Source: an uncultured Candidatus Saccharibacteria bacterium (GTDB lineage: Bacteria > Patescibacteriota > Saccharimonadia > Saccharimonadales > JAGQNJ01). Taken from it: a DNA stretch of 64,000 nt. The stretch is from assembly GCA_964493895.1 (NCBI GenBank), contig CAZBPY010000003.1:15176-79175 (forward strand), read 5' to 3'. Positions 38,497 to 50,518 of this stretch are shown one piece after another (the stretch's first letter is position 1; each line of letters opens with the position of its first letter). The notes under the pieces are model-generated. The model searched no databases. It saw only the letters and a list, made by a program, of their open reading frames with translations, and was not told the origin of the DNA. Both the position numbers and the translations under genes were made by a program.

Positions 38497-41307
38497 TTAT
38501 AACATACTTGACAAGTATTTTCCAGTGTAAGATTTTTTGTTTTGAGCGACTACCTCTGGTGTACCTTCGGCGATGATTTGACCACCGCCACTGCCGCCCT
38601 CCGGCCCCATGTCGATGATGTAATCGGCCGATTTTATGACGTCCAGGTTGTGCTCGATAACGATCATGCTGTTGCCATTGTCGACAAGAGCGTGCAGCAC
38701 GTTGAGCAGTTTATTGACATCATCCATATGCAGACCGGTGGTTGGCTCGTCCAGGATGTAGAGCGTGCGGCCAGTCGGCCGGCGCGATAACTCGGTCGCT
38801 AATTTAACTCGCTGAGCCTCGCCGCCGCTCAAAGTCGTGGCCGACTGGCCCAGAGCGATATAGCCCAACCCCACATCAACCAAGGTCTGCAGTTTACGGG
38901 CAATCGCCGGCTGGTTGGCAAAAAACTCTAGGGCCTGGTCACAGGTCATAGCCAAAACGTCAGCAATGGTCTTACCTTTATAGTGAATTTCCAGGGCTTC
39001 TTTGTTATAGCGCTGGCCGTGGCAGACTTCGCAAGCTACATAAACATCCGGCAAAAAGTGCATTTCAATCTTGATAATTCCGTCGCCGGCGCAGTTTTCA
39101 CAGCGGCCGCCTTTAACGTTAAAACTAAATCGGCCCGGGCTATAGCCGCGAATTTTTGATTCTGGAACCGAGGCAAATAACTCCCGAATTGGCGTAAATA
39201 GTCCAGTGTAAGTTGCCGGGTTGGAACGGGGTGTTCGACCGATTGGTGATTGATCAATGACGATCGCTTTATCCAAATTATCAATTCCTTCAATGTCGTC
39301 ATGCCGGCCAGGCACGCTGTTGGCTCGGTGCAACCGGGCGGACAATTCCTTGGCCAAGATATCGTTGATCAAGCTGGATTTGCCAGAGCCGGAGACGCCA
39401 CTGACTACTACCAATTCGCCGAGAGGTATAGTGACATCGATGCTTTGCAGGTTGTGCTCGCGGGCACCTTTAATGACCAGCATTTTGCCATTGCCGGATC
39501 GGCGTAGTTTGGGGGTTTTGACTTCCTTTTCACCACGCAAGTACTGCCCAGTTATACTTTTGGGATTTTTAGCCACGACTGTTGGCGAGCCTTCGGCCAC
39601 TATTCGGCCGCCGTGCACACCGGCACCCGGTCCAATATCCAAAAGATAATCAGCAGTTCGGATAGTCTCTTCGTCATGCTCAACCACAATCACGGTGTTG
39701 CCTAGGTCGCGCAGGTGCTTCAAAGTCTTAATCAGCCGAGAATTGTCGCGTTGATGAAGTCCGATCGACGGTTCATCCAAAACGTACAATACGCCCATCA
39801 GACCTGATCCAATCTGGGTAGCCAGCCGGATTCTTTGGGCTTCGCCGCCACTTAAAGTCGTGGCGCTGCGCGACAAAGTCAGATAATTCAGGCCGACTTC
39901 TTTCAAAAAGCCAATCCGGGCCTTAATCTCTTTTATGATTTGTGAGGCAATGTGCTGTTGTTTGTCAGTCAGCTTTAGCTTTTCAAAAAACTCCACGGCT
40001 TCATCGACCGAAAAGTCACAAATATCAATAATCGACAAGTCAGCTACAGTGATAGCCAGCACCTCTGGCTTGAGGCGCTTGCCCTGACAAGCATGACACG
40101 GCCGTTGCTGCATGAACCGCTCGATATCGCGGCGGATGAAGTCGGACTCGGTCTCTTTGTGCCGGCGCTCCAGATTTGGGATAACCCCTTCGTAGGTACT
40201 GTCAAAAGCTCGACCACTGCCCAAAGGCACACGGTAGGTTTGCTCACCGGTGCCGTACAGAATTTTGTCCAGATCTGCCTTACTTAGCTGGCCGGTCGGC
40301 ACGTGAATGCTAAAACCATGAGCCTCGGCCACAGCCGCCATTTTCTTCATATACCAAGCATCGGTGTTGATGCGGTTATAGGGGCGAATAGCGCCTTCGG
40401 CAATCGTCAAGCGGCCATTAGGAATCACCAACTCTGGATCAACTTCCATCCGCGAGCCCAATCCGGTACACACCGGGCATGCTCCAAAAGGTGAGTTGAA
40501 ACTAAATGTCCGCGGCTCTAATTCCGGAATCAAAACGTCCGGATGATCAATGCAAGCATACATCTGGCTGTACTGAGCATCGCTTTTGCTGTCAGCATTG
40601 TGAACTGTCAAGCGGCCATCGGTAATATCCAGAGCCTGCTCGATTGATTGAACCAACCGACCCCGGCTCTCCTCATTATTCACCAGACGATCAATGACGA
40701 TTTCAATGCTGTGCTTTTTGGCTTTATCTAACTGAGGAAACTCATCCAAAGCATAAACAACTCCATCGACTCGAGCCCGAGCAAAGCCGCCGCGCATGTA
40801 CTGTTCCGGAATGTGCTCGAAAGCGCCTTTTTTCTGGGTGACAACCGGTGCCAGGATTATCAACCGGGCACCTTTGGTCTGTTCAGTAACCTGTTTAACG
40901 ATGTCGGCTGCAGTTTGCCTGGAAACCACCTTGCCACAGACTGGGCAGTGCGGCGTGCCAATCCTGGCAAACAACAGCCGCAAGTAGTCATAAATTTCGG
41001 TCACCGTGGCCACCGTCGAACGCGGGTTGCGTGAAGTCGATTTCTGATCAATCGAAATAGCCGGGCTTAGGCCATCAATTTGATCAACATCAGGCTTTTC
41101 CATCAGCCCTAGAAACTGCCGAGCATAAGACGACAAACTTTCAACATAGCGGCGCTGGCCTTCGGCATAAATCGTATCAAACGCCAAACTAGACTTACCC
41201 GAACCACTCAGTCCAGTAATGACGATTAACTTCTCTCGGGGCAACTCAACCGAAATATCCTTCAGGTTGTGCTCGCGGGCACCTTTAACAACAATTTTCT
41301 CCGGCAT
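38497..41307 (-). CDS. uvrA: Excinuclease ABC subunit A
   Basis: Two GxSGSGKSS Walker A motifs, two LSGGEAQR, Zn fingers. Confidence 0.99.
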   Translation of the reverse strand: MPEKIVVKGAREHNLKDISVELPREKLIVITGLSGSGKSSLAFDTIYAEGQRRYVESLSSYARQFLGLMEKPDVDQIDGLSPAISIDQKSTSRNPRSTVATVTEIYDYLRLLFARIGTPHCPVCGKVVSRQTAADIVKQVTEQTKGARLIILAPVVTQKKGAFEHIPEQYMRGGFARARVDGVVYALDEFPQLDKAKKHSIEIVIDRLVNNEESRGRLVQSIEQALDITDGRLTVHNADSKSDAQYSQMYACIDHPDVLIPELEPRTFSFNSPFGACPVCTGLGSRMEVDPELVIPNGRLTIAEGAIRPYNRINTDAWYMKKMAAVAEAHGFSIHVPTGQLSKADLDKILYGTGEQTYRVPLGSGRAFDSTYEGVIPNLERRHKETESDFIRRDIERFMQQRPCHACQGKRLKPEVLAITVADLSIIDICDFSVDEAVEFFEKLKLTDKQQHIASQIIKEIKARIGFLKEVGLNYLTLSRSATTLSGGEAQRIRLATQIGSGLMGVLYVLDEPSIGLHQRDNSRLIKTLKHLRDLGNTVIVVEHDEETIRTADYLLDIGPGAGVHGGRIVAEGSPTVVAKNPKSITGQYLRGEKEVKTPKLRRSGNGKMLVIKGAREHNLQSIDVTIPLGELVVVSGVSGSGKSSLINDILAKELSARLHRANSVPGRHDDIEGIDNLDKAIVIDQSPIGRTPRSNPATYTGLFTPIRELFASVPESKIRGYSPGRFSFNVKGGRCENCAGDGIIKIEMHFLPDVYVACEVCHGQRYNKEALEIHYKGKTIADVLAMTCDQALEFFANQPAIARKLQTLVDVGLGYIALGQSATTLSGGEAQRVKLATELSRRPTGRTLYILDEPTTGLHMDDVNKLLNVLHALVDNGNSMIVIEHNLDVIKSADYIIDMGPEGGSGGGQIIAEGTPEVVAQNKKSYTGKYLSSML

Positions 41308-41385
41308 ACGTCAGCGGATTGTATCAAAAAATCGGCATTTTTTCCACTCCCTGCGTTAGAGCCAAGACTATGAGACAATAGCCTT

Positions 41386-41790
41386 ATGCGTCTAATCAAG
41401 GTAATCCTGACTGATATCGCCGGTGTTGGACTGATAATATTGTCAGCTTTAACCGGTTGGATACCCGGCCCGGGTGGGATTCCGCTATTCCTAGCTGGAC
41501 TGGGCCTGCTGGCCATTAATCATAAATGGGCGCACCGCTTGCTGGACGAAGTTAAAAAACACGGCCTGAAAATTGCCGAAAAGTTTTTCCGAGAGCATCC
41601 AGCCATAATGGCTGTCTATGACGTTTTTTCTCTAGCGTTAGTAGCTGCCGGAATCTTCATATCTATCAAAGTGCAAAGCAATCTTCGATTTTCGGCTATC
41701 TCGGTGATTATTATAGGTATTGGTTTATTCCTTGGTAATCGTCGTCGCCTGAGAAGAATTACCAGTTACTTCAAGGGCCAAAACAAGTAG
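41386..41790 (+). CDS. PGPGW-like membrane protein
   Basis: IPGPGGIPLFLAGLGLLA...WA. Confidence 0.7.
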   Translation: MRLIKVILTDIAGVGLIILSALTGWIPGPGGIPLFLAGLGLLAINHKWAHRLLDEVKKHGLKIAEKFFREHPAIMAVYDVFSLALVAAGIFISIKVQSNLRFSAISVIIIGIGLFLGNRRRLRRITSYFKGQNK

Positions 41791-41855
41791 ATAAAAAGCT
41801 TAAGCATGAATAGTACTTAGTTGATTTTTACGCAACTTGGTGTAGAATTAAATCA

Positions 41856-42027
41856 ATGTTGGAATTGATTGTGTTGGGTCAAATTCCTGGGACTCAACTA
41901 AGAATTACTATCGCCTGGTTTGTGTTTGCTCTGCTTGGAGTGCTGATTTGGGCTGATCTTAAATTTCACGCCAGTCAAAATACCAAAGCTGCGCTGGATA
42001 AGACCAGGCAACGTCTTCACCAATTGG

Positions 42028-42047
<20 letters not shown>
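41856..42047 (+). CDS. Small single-TM protein
   Basis: TAGAAT 7 nt before ATG; MLELIVLGQIPGT then a TM helix. Confidence 0.55.
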
Positions 42048-44770
<2,723 letters not shown>

Positions 44771-44793
44771 CTAGCTGGCTCTTGTAGGTGACT

Positions 44794-45843
44794 CTAGTAA
44801 ATGTAGCTGTAGGCGGCAGCCTGAGCAGCTGATAGAGTCTTGTGCGAAACAACTCCCCAACCGACAACGTTCATTTCTGAAACATTAACACTGCCGTCGG
44901 AGTTAACCGATTCAACATAACCGACGTGACCGTAATAGTCGCGGGGTGGCGTCCAGATGACTGCGCCAGCTCTAGGGACGTTACCGACAGAGAAACCAGC
45001 CCTTTGAGCCAATACCTTCCATGTGGAAGCGTTACCCAGGTTATTAGGCAAGTCTGGACGACGGTTTTTGACATACCATGTACAATAGCCGTAGTCATAG
45101 CCATTGCCGCCATAAATCGCGCCATTACCCCAGGCAAAACCACCAGAGGTAGCCACGTTAGAAAGGCTTGGGTTACTGATAGCTCGACTAGCCGGTTGAG
45201 CTCCAGGCAAGACAATGTATTCTCCGACTGGCAGATTACCGCTTTCAACGTCGTTAAAAGCAACAACTTGGTCGCGGTTAGCCTGATATTTACTTAAAAT
45301 GCTGTCGATGGTATCACTAGCGGCCACCTTGTAAACAATACCGTTAATAGGTGAAATGACCAGTACTTGGCCAGGGGTCAAAGAGTCACCGCTCAAATTG
45401 TTTGACCAACGAATGGTATCAGAGGTCACACCGAATTTAGCTGCTACTGACGAGACGTCATCGCCAGCTTGAACAGTATAATTTTGGATATCAGCCCGTG
45501 ATTTTAGAGCTGTAGCAATAATCTGCGGCCGAGCCGTTACCACGTTATCAGACGGTGCAAAGTTCAGCTGAGCATTAACTGTATCGGCTTGGTTGGCTAC
45601 GGCCCTCTTTTCAGGCAAGTCGGCTACCCACGCCACATTGACGGCAATGTCAGCCGAGGAAATAGCGTCTAACGGATTGACTATCTCGTCAGCCACATCG
45701 CTAGTCGCTAGGCTATTAGCCTGGGCAGTGTTGGTAGTTTGCGGCTTTTGAGCTACAAAGGCCACCACGACCATCAACAGAATAGCGTTACCGACTAACA
45801 GAGAGTAGCGAATCGTTTTGCCGCGATTCTTTTTACTAAACAT
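44794..45843 (-). CDS. LysM + CHAP peptidoglycan hydrolase (may start at ATT 45933)
   Basis: N-terminal TM; two LysM repeats (YTVQAGD, YKVAASDT); CHAP motifs YGYCTWY, GHVGYVE, VSEMN. Confidence 0.92.
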   Translation of the reverse strand: MFSKKNRGKTIRYSLLVGNAILLMVVVAFVAQKPQTTNTAQANSLATSDVADEIVNPLDAISSADIAVNVAWVADLPEKRAVANQADTVNAQLNFAPSDNVVTARPQIIATALKSRADIQNYTVQAGDDVSSVAAKFGVTSDTIRWSNNLSGDSLTPGQVLVISPINGIVYKVAASDTIDSILSKYQANRDQVVAFNDVESGNLPVGEYIVLPGAQPASRAISNPSLSNVATSGGFAWGNGAIYGGNGYDYGYCTWYVKNRRPDLPNNLGNASTWKVLAQRAGFSVGNVPRAGAVIWTPPRDYYGHVGYVESVNSDGSVNVSEMNVVGWGVVSHKTLSAAQAAAYSYIY

Positions 45844-46074
45844 TCGTCGATACCAACGCTTGCGCTTGATATCTGATTCTAGATTACCCAGACGGGTGGA
45901 AACTTCTTGACTTAGAACTTCAGTGGTACGAATACCAGCCTCCGTTTACATTGTTTGCAACTCTGACCTCTGTTGTAACAGATAGGAAAGCGTCAAAATT
46001 GCAAGCTTAATTATAGCACATTTGAGCTTATGTAAATAGGCTTTTTTAGCTTCTTTTTACCCCTGTTAAATAAG

Positions 46075-47112
46075 CTAATTACAGAGAGTTTTACAATATT
46101 TTTTAGTATTTTGCTCGTGTTCTTCCTGGGTATGGGCAAAATGGGTCGTGCCATCATCACCTGACACAAAGTATAGGTAATCTGTTGGAGCTGGATTGAT
46201 AACAGCGTTCAGTGCTGAAATCTCGATATTGCTAATTGGTCCCGGCGGTAAGCCATTGTTAAAATAGGTATTATAAGGTGAATCAAAGGTCAATGACGGC
46301 GGCTGACCGGCTAAGATTGCTCCGTAGCCAGAGGTGGCATCTGATTGGAGGCGCATGCCTTCCCGCAAGCGACGCAAGAACACCTGGGCCACAATCGGCC
46401 GGTCAGCCGCCCGGGCCACCTCTTGCTCTACCATAGAAGCCAGGATTATACCCTGGTGTACAGTCAATCCCTGAGCCACAATCGCCGCCCGTACCTCTGG
46501 GGTAAGGCGTTTTTGCATCTCATCCAAACTTGATTTGATAATACTGTGCGGATTGGTGTTAGCCGTTTTTTGGAAGCTCTCAGGGTAAAGATAGCCCTCC
46601 AGGCTGGCTCCAGCCGGTTTGTCGACCAGGGCAGGATGGCCTTCGTACTGGGTTGGCTCTAGGGCAGCATGAACTTCTTCGGGGTCAAAACCACTGTTAA
46701 TCAGGGCTGCGCTGACCTGATCTAGCCGCGTTCCAGGTACAATTGTCACCAGATCAATCGTCACGTCACCTCTTGCCAGTATCTCGACAATCTCTGGCAC
46801 AGATTGGCTGGGCCTTAAGGCATAGGTCCCCGCCTTCAGATCTTCGCGCAAACTCTGGTTTTTAACATACCAATCAAAAGCCCACGATTCCCGGATAAGT
46901 CCTTGTTCCTTTAAATCACGGCCGATTTCCTGGACTGTGGCACCGCTTGGCACCTCAACAACGACAATATTTTGCGAGTTGCTAACCGGTTCTAAAGCCC
47001 GGTCATACATGACACGCACTAAAATGGCCGTGGACAGCACTAACACCACCGCTACAGATACCAGTACGGTTATTTTCTTGGCTTTACTGGTCATATTCGA
47101 CCACCACTTCAT
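46075..47112 (-). CDS. mltG: Endolytic transglycosylase MltG
   Basis: LEGYLYPESF, ASMVEQE, LQSDAT, SPYNTY..GLPPGPI, YLYFV. Confidence 0.95.
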   Translation of the reverse strand: MKWWSNMTSKAKKITVLVSVAVVLVLSTAILVRVMYDRALEPVSNSQNIVVVEVPSGATVQEIGRDLKEQGLIRESWAFDWYVKNQSLREDLKAGTYALRPSQSVPEIVEILARGDVTIDLVTIVPGTRLDQVSAALINSGFDPEEVHAALEPTQYEGHPALVDKPAGASLEGYLYPESFQKTANTNPHSIIKSSLDEMQKRLTPEVRAAIVAQGLTVHQGIILASMVEQEVARAADRPIVAQVFLRRLREGMRLQSDATSGYGAILAGQPPSLTFDSPYNTYFNNGLPPGPISNIEISALNAVINPAPTDYLYFVSGDDGTTHFAHTQEEHEQNTKKYCKTLCN

Positions 47113-47522
47113 AAATGCTCCTCAATATAATCTTGCAGTATTAGTGTAGCAGCTTCAGCATCAATCGCCTCCTTAGGATAAGCATCCCCCCGCCGGCGCA
47201 AGACAGTCTCGGCTTTAATAGAACTTTCGGCTTCATCGTGGAAGACAAACTCTACCGGCACTTCTTTTTGCAAACGGTTAACAAAATCACGAACAAATTT
47301 GGTCTGCTCAGTATCTTCTAAATTCTGATTTTGCGGCAAGCCGACAACCACAGTTCTAGCTTTTTCGTCCTCTATAATTTCTTTCAGGGTATCGACCACC
47401 GTATCGTCATTTGTCACAGTTTTAAGCGGCTCGGCAATTTTAGCAATCACATTTGCCCTAGCCACGCCAATGCGCACAGCTCCAACATCAAGGCAAATCA
47501 AAGATTCATCGACAGCATTCAT
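47109..47522 (-). CDS. ruvX: YqgF/RuvX pre-16S rRNA nuclease
   Basis: LDVGAVRIGVA, VVGLP, DE..SS, IDAEAA.ILQ. Confidence 0.9.
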   Translation of the reverse strand: MNAVDESLICLDVGAVRIGVARANVIAKIAEPLKTVTNDDTVVDTLKEIIEDEKARTVVVGLPQNQNLEDTEQTKFVRDFVNRLQKEVPVEFVFHDEAESSIKAETVLRRRGDAYPKEAIDAEAATLILQDYIEEHL

Positions 47523-47526
47523 AAGC

Positions 47527-49164
47527 TTAGTTTGCCGAATTAAATTCGACGGTTATTTTCTTGGTAGCCTTCGGTGTGCGCGACACCCAGAAGGGACTGT
47601 AGTCGACCTCGACACTTTTTACCCCCGGCAAACTCCGGACGGCATTTTCAGTCTCACCGCGTTTTTTGCCGCGGATTTCTTCTTTGAGAGTATCTATATC
47701 GATGTCCGGACCGACTTCTGCTTTGGTGCTGACCTCAATGACAGTGTCACCATTCTCGGCCACTGATTTCACAGTAAAGGTAGCCTGGTCTAGTCCATCC
47801 TCCTGAACCATCTGTCGCTCAATATCGATTTCATCTTTGAGACTTTGTTCAACCAACTTCTTTAGATCATCACGTTCAATACCAAGCATGGTGTAATCCG
47901 CCGAATAAGTCACCTTAACCTCGTTGCCTTCTTGATCGACGCCTGGACTCGGAGTAGTTGATTCGTTGGATTTTTTAAATGAACTTTGGATAACGAAAAA
48001 TTTATCTTTCTCTAGCTGATCTTGAAGATTTTTCTTGACCACGTCGTCTTTGGCAGCAATTTTGGCTTTGGCCGTTTCAACATCCTGAGCCGTTACCACC
48101 CGAGCTATTTTGCTGCTACCGCCCTTCATTTGACCGCCGCGGCCGCTGACATTGCTATACCCAGAGACGGTGTAATTGGCCGGACCAATATTATATTGAT
48201 CGCCATTATTTTGAGCATTAACTACAGTTGTTCCAGTAAAGCTACAGCCGCCATTGAAGTTTGGCGTTGTTAACGAGGCCGAACTTTGGGTTATGAAAGT
48301 CAAACCATTAGTACTTACCCCAGTTCCTGCCGGAATAGTCGGCGGCGAACCGCTGACTGCTGAGCAAGGAATTGATAGGGTCATATTGCCGCTGGCTTTG
48401 GTGCCAAGATCTTTTTGGCCAGTCGCCGGCGCCGTCTGGGTTTCGTCAACTTTTTCAGTCACTAATTTGGCTGGCACCACTTTGGCTGACTCATCTAACT
48501 GGGATGAGGCCGGGCTAGCTATAAACTCAAAACTGGTATCGACAGATTCGGTGTCAGTTTCGATGGCAATTGTAGCCTTTGGTAAGACAACCACAGCCAA
48601 GATAAATAACAAGACTGCCCCAGCTACAGCACCAATAATCAACAGGATTTTTTTGCGGAACTGTTCAAAGTTAGGAATTTTTGGACTTTTGCCCTTGCCT
48701 GGTTTCTTAGACTTGGACTTCGGTGTTTTAGCCGAGCTACCTTTTAAAGCCGCTGAGGCCGCTGCAGCGTCAGTTTCCTCTTCCATGTCAATGTCATCTT
48801 CGGTCTTGGCGGCCGGGGTGGTTTCTGGCTCGAGATGAGCCTCTAACTCCTCGTCGTCGACCACCTTCTTATCGGGAGCCGCCGGAATCTCCGGCTTGGA
48901 GTTCAGGTTCTTGGCCACATGCAAACCGGTTGCGCCGGCCAAAGGCAGCAAGCCTTTCTCAGATGTAATTAGAACCGGACTTTTACCAGCCTCGTCAGCA
49001 GCCCGTTTTAAAAGCTTCATATTGACAATGCTCTGCAATGCTGCGGTTCTCTTAGGCAAGACTAAAGCCACAATCTTGGAATCGCTCTTAGACAGCTTGT
49101 CAATAACGGCGGTGATTTCGTCGTCTATATCAATGTAGATGGTGTCTTTTTTCTCAGCAGCCAT
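47527..49164 (-). CDS. Bitopic membrane protein with exported baseplate J/gp47-like domain
   Basis: Cytoplasmic N-domain (IYIDIDDEITAVI), charged linker, one TM, then ASG.M...TIPAGT..F.T..A..GDQYNI..GG pattern. Confidence 0.7.
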   Translation of the reverse strand: MAAEKKDTIYIDIDDEITAVIDKLSKSDSKIVALVLPKRTAALQSIVNMKLLKRAADEAGKSPVLITSEKGLLPLAGATGLHVAKNLNSKPEIPAAPDKKVVDDEELEAHLEPETTPAAKTEDDIDMEEETDAAAASAALKGSSAKTPKSKSKKPGKGKSPKIPNFEQFRKKILLIIGAVAGAVLLFILAVVVLPKATIAIETDTESVDTSFEFIASPASSQLDESAKVVPAKLVTEKVDETQTAPATGQKDLGTKASGNMTLSIPCSAVSGSPPTIPAGTGVSTNGLTFITQSSASLTTPNFNGGCSFTGTTVVNAQNNGDQYNIGPANYTVSGYSNVSGRGGQMKGGSSKIARVVTAQDVETAKAKIAAKDDVVKKNLQDQLEKDKFFVIQSSFKKSNESTTPSPGVDQEGNEVKVTYSADYTMLGIERDDLKKLVEQSLKDEIDIERQMVQEDGLDQATFTVKSVAENGDTVIEVSTKAEVGPDIDIDTLKEEIRGKKRGETENAVRSLPGVKSVEVDYSPFWVSRTPKATKKITVEFNSAN

Positions 49165-49183
49165 AATAAACCTATTTTTCAGT

Positions 49184-50476
49184 TTACACTTTCAAAATTC
49201 TATCCAGTCGTTCGCGTATCGAACCGCTTGGGGCATTGAGTTCTTGCTGAAGCGTATCAAGACCAACACGGAGAAGACCCATAGCGGTAATAAAGGTATG
49301 GTCGCTAACATCGCCGGTTTTGTCAACAATACCGACCACTTGACCGGGCTTGATGTGATGAACCTGCGGCTTTTTGGTGAATGGTAAACTTCGGTACCAG
49401 TCAGTGGAGTTGAGTTCATGCATCAGCATTTCAAGTGACGAGCCGCCTCCGCACAGCAGTAGTTTCTGCGGTAAATGATCCAGTTGGTCAAATTCGCTCA
49501 GGGCCAATTCAACACCGCTCATCCAAACATCCAAGGTCTTTTCTAAAGCTCTGGTGACATCCTTGTTTTCTTTGACCGGATGAGCTCCGTCCGACAGCGC
49601 CGTTTTTAGTTGTTCAGCCTTGTCAAACGGTATGTCTAGCTCCCTTTCGATAGAGCGGGTGTAAGCCCGGCCGCCAATGCCAAACATCTTTGTTCCCTGG
49701 ACTCCGCCGTCGTTGATAACGGCAATATCGGTGGTGCCGCCACCGACATCCATCAAGATTGCGCTCATGTTGGCATTGCCGTCATCGCCAATAACTGATC
49801 GGGCCACAGCAAATGGCTCGGCAGCCACCGCCAGCAAATCCAGGTCCAATTCCTGGGCAGCCCGTTCCAGTGCCCCAATATGCACCAACGGCGCAAAAGC
49901 TGTGTATAGCTGAACCACCACATCTTTACCCTGAAAACCAAGCGGATTGGTCACCTTATAGCCGTCAATCTCAATGCCAACTAGAGCGCTGTTGACCAGG
50001 CGAATCTCAACCTCTTTGCCGCCCATTTCCCAGGCCAGCTGATTTCGGGCTTTTTCTTCGGCCCGACTTTGAACAACTTTGATGATTTGCTCAACTTCGG
50101 CGATGTCCAGAGGTTTTTCAGCATCGGCGCGTTTGACACGGACAGTGGTTGTAGTGCCTTTGACCAGTTCGCCAGCGATGCCGATAACAGCTGTTCTGGC
50201 GCTGATTCCAGCCTGCTCCTCGGCCTCAGCCAAAGCTTTGTCACAATTAGCCACCACCCCTGAAATATCGGCAATGGCTCCGGCTTGCATATCACCTAAA
50301 CTCTGATGAGCCCGGCCAACGCCAATAACCTCAACGCCCTTATCTGTTATACGGGCAATCAGAGCCTTCACAAATTCGGTACCAACATCCAAAGCCACCA
50401 AATAGCGGTCCGAACTAACCTTTGTCGGCGCCTTATCGGTAGCTGCCTGTTTCAGCTTCTTTATTTTCTCAAGCAT
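49184..50476 (-). CDS. FtsA-like actin-fold ATPase, no ftsZ adjacent
   Basis: ALDVGTEFVK, AEPFA, MDVGGGTTD, AEQLK, LCGGGS. Confidence 0.88.
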   Translation of the reverse strand: MLEKIKKLKQAATDKAPTKVSSDRYLVALDVGTEFVKALIARITDKGVEVIGVGRAHQSLGDMQAGAIADISGVVANCDKALAEAEEQAGISARTAVIGIAGELVKGTTTTVRVKRADAEKPLDIAEVEQIIKVVQSRAEEKARNQLAWEMGGKEVEIRLVNSALVGIEIDGYKVTNPLGFQGKDVVVQLYTAFAPLVHIGALERAAQELDLDLLAVAAEPFAVARSVIGDDGNANMSAILMDVGGGTTDIAVINDGGVQGTKMFGIGGRAYTRSIERELDIPFDKAEQLKTALSDGAHPVKENKDVTRALEKTLDVWMSGVELALSEFDQLDHLPQKLLLCGGGSSLEMLMHELNSTDWYRSLPFTKKPQVHHIKPGQVVGIVDKTGDVSDHTFITAMGLLRVGLDTLQQELNAPSGSIRERLDRILKV

Positions 50477-50518
50477 AATTATCTCTGGTAATTATAGCAT
50501 GAGCGTAAACAGTTACGG

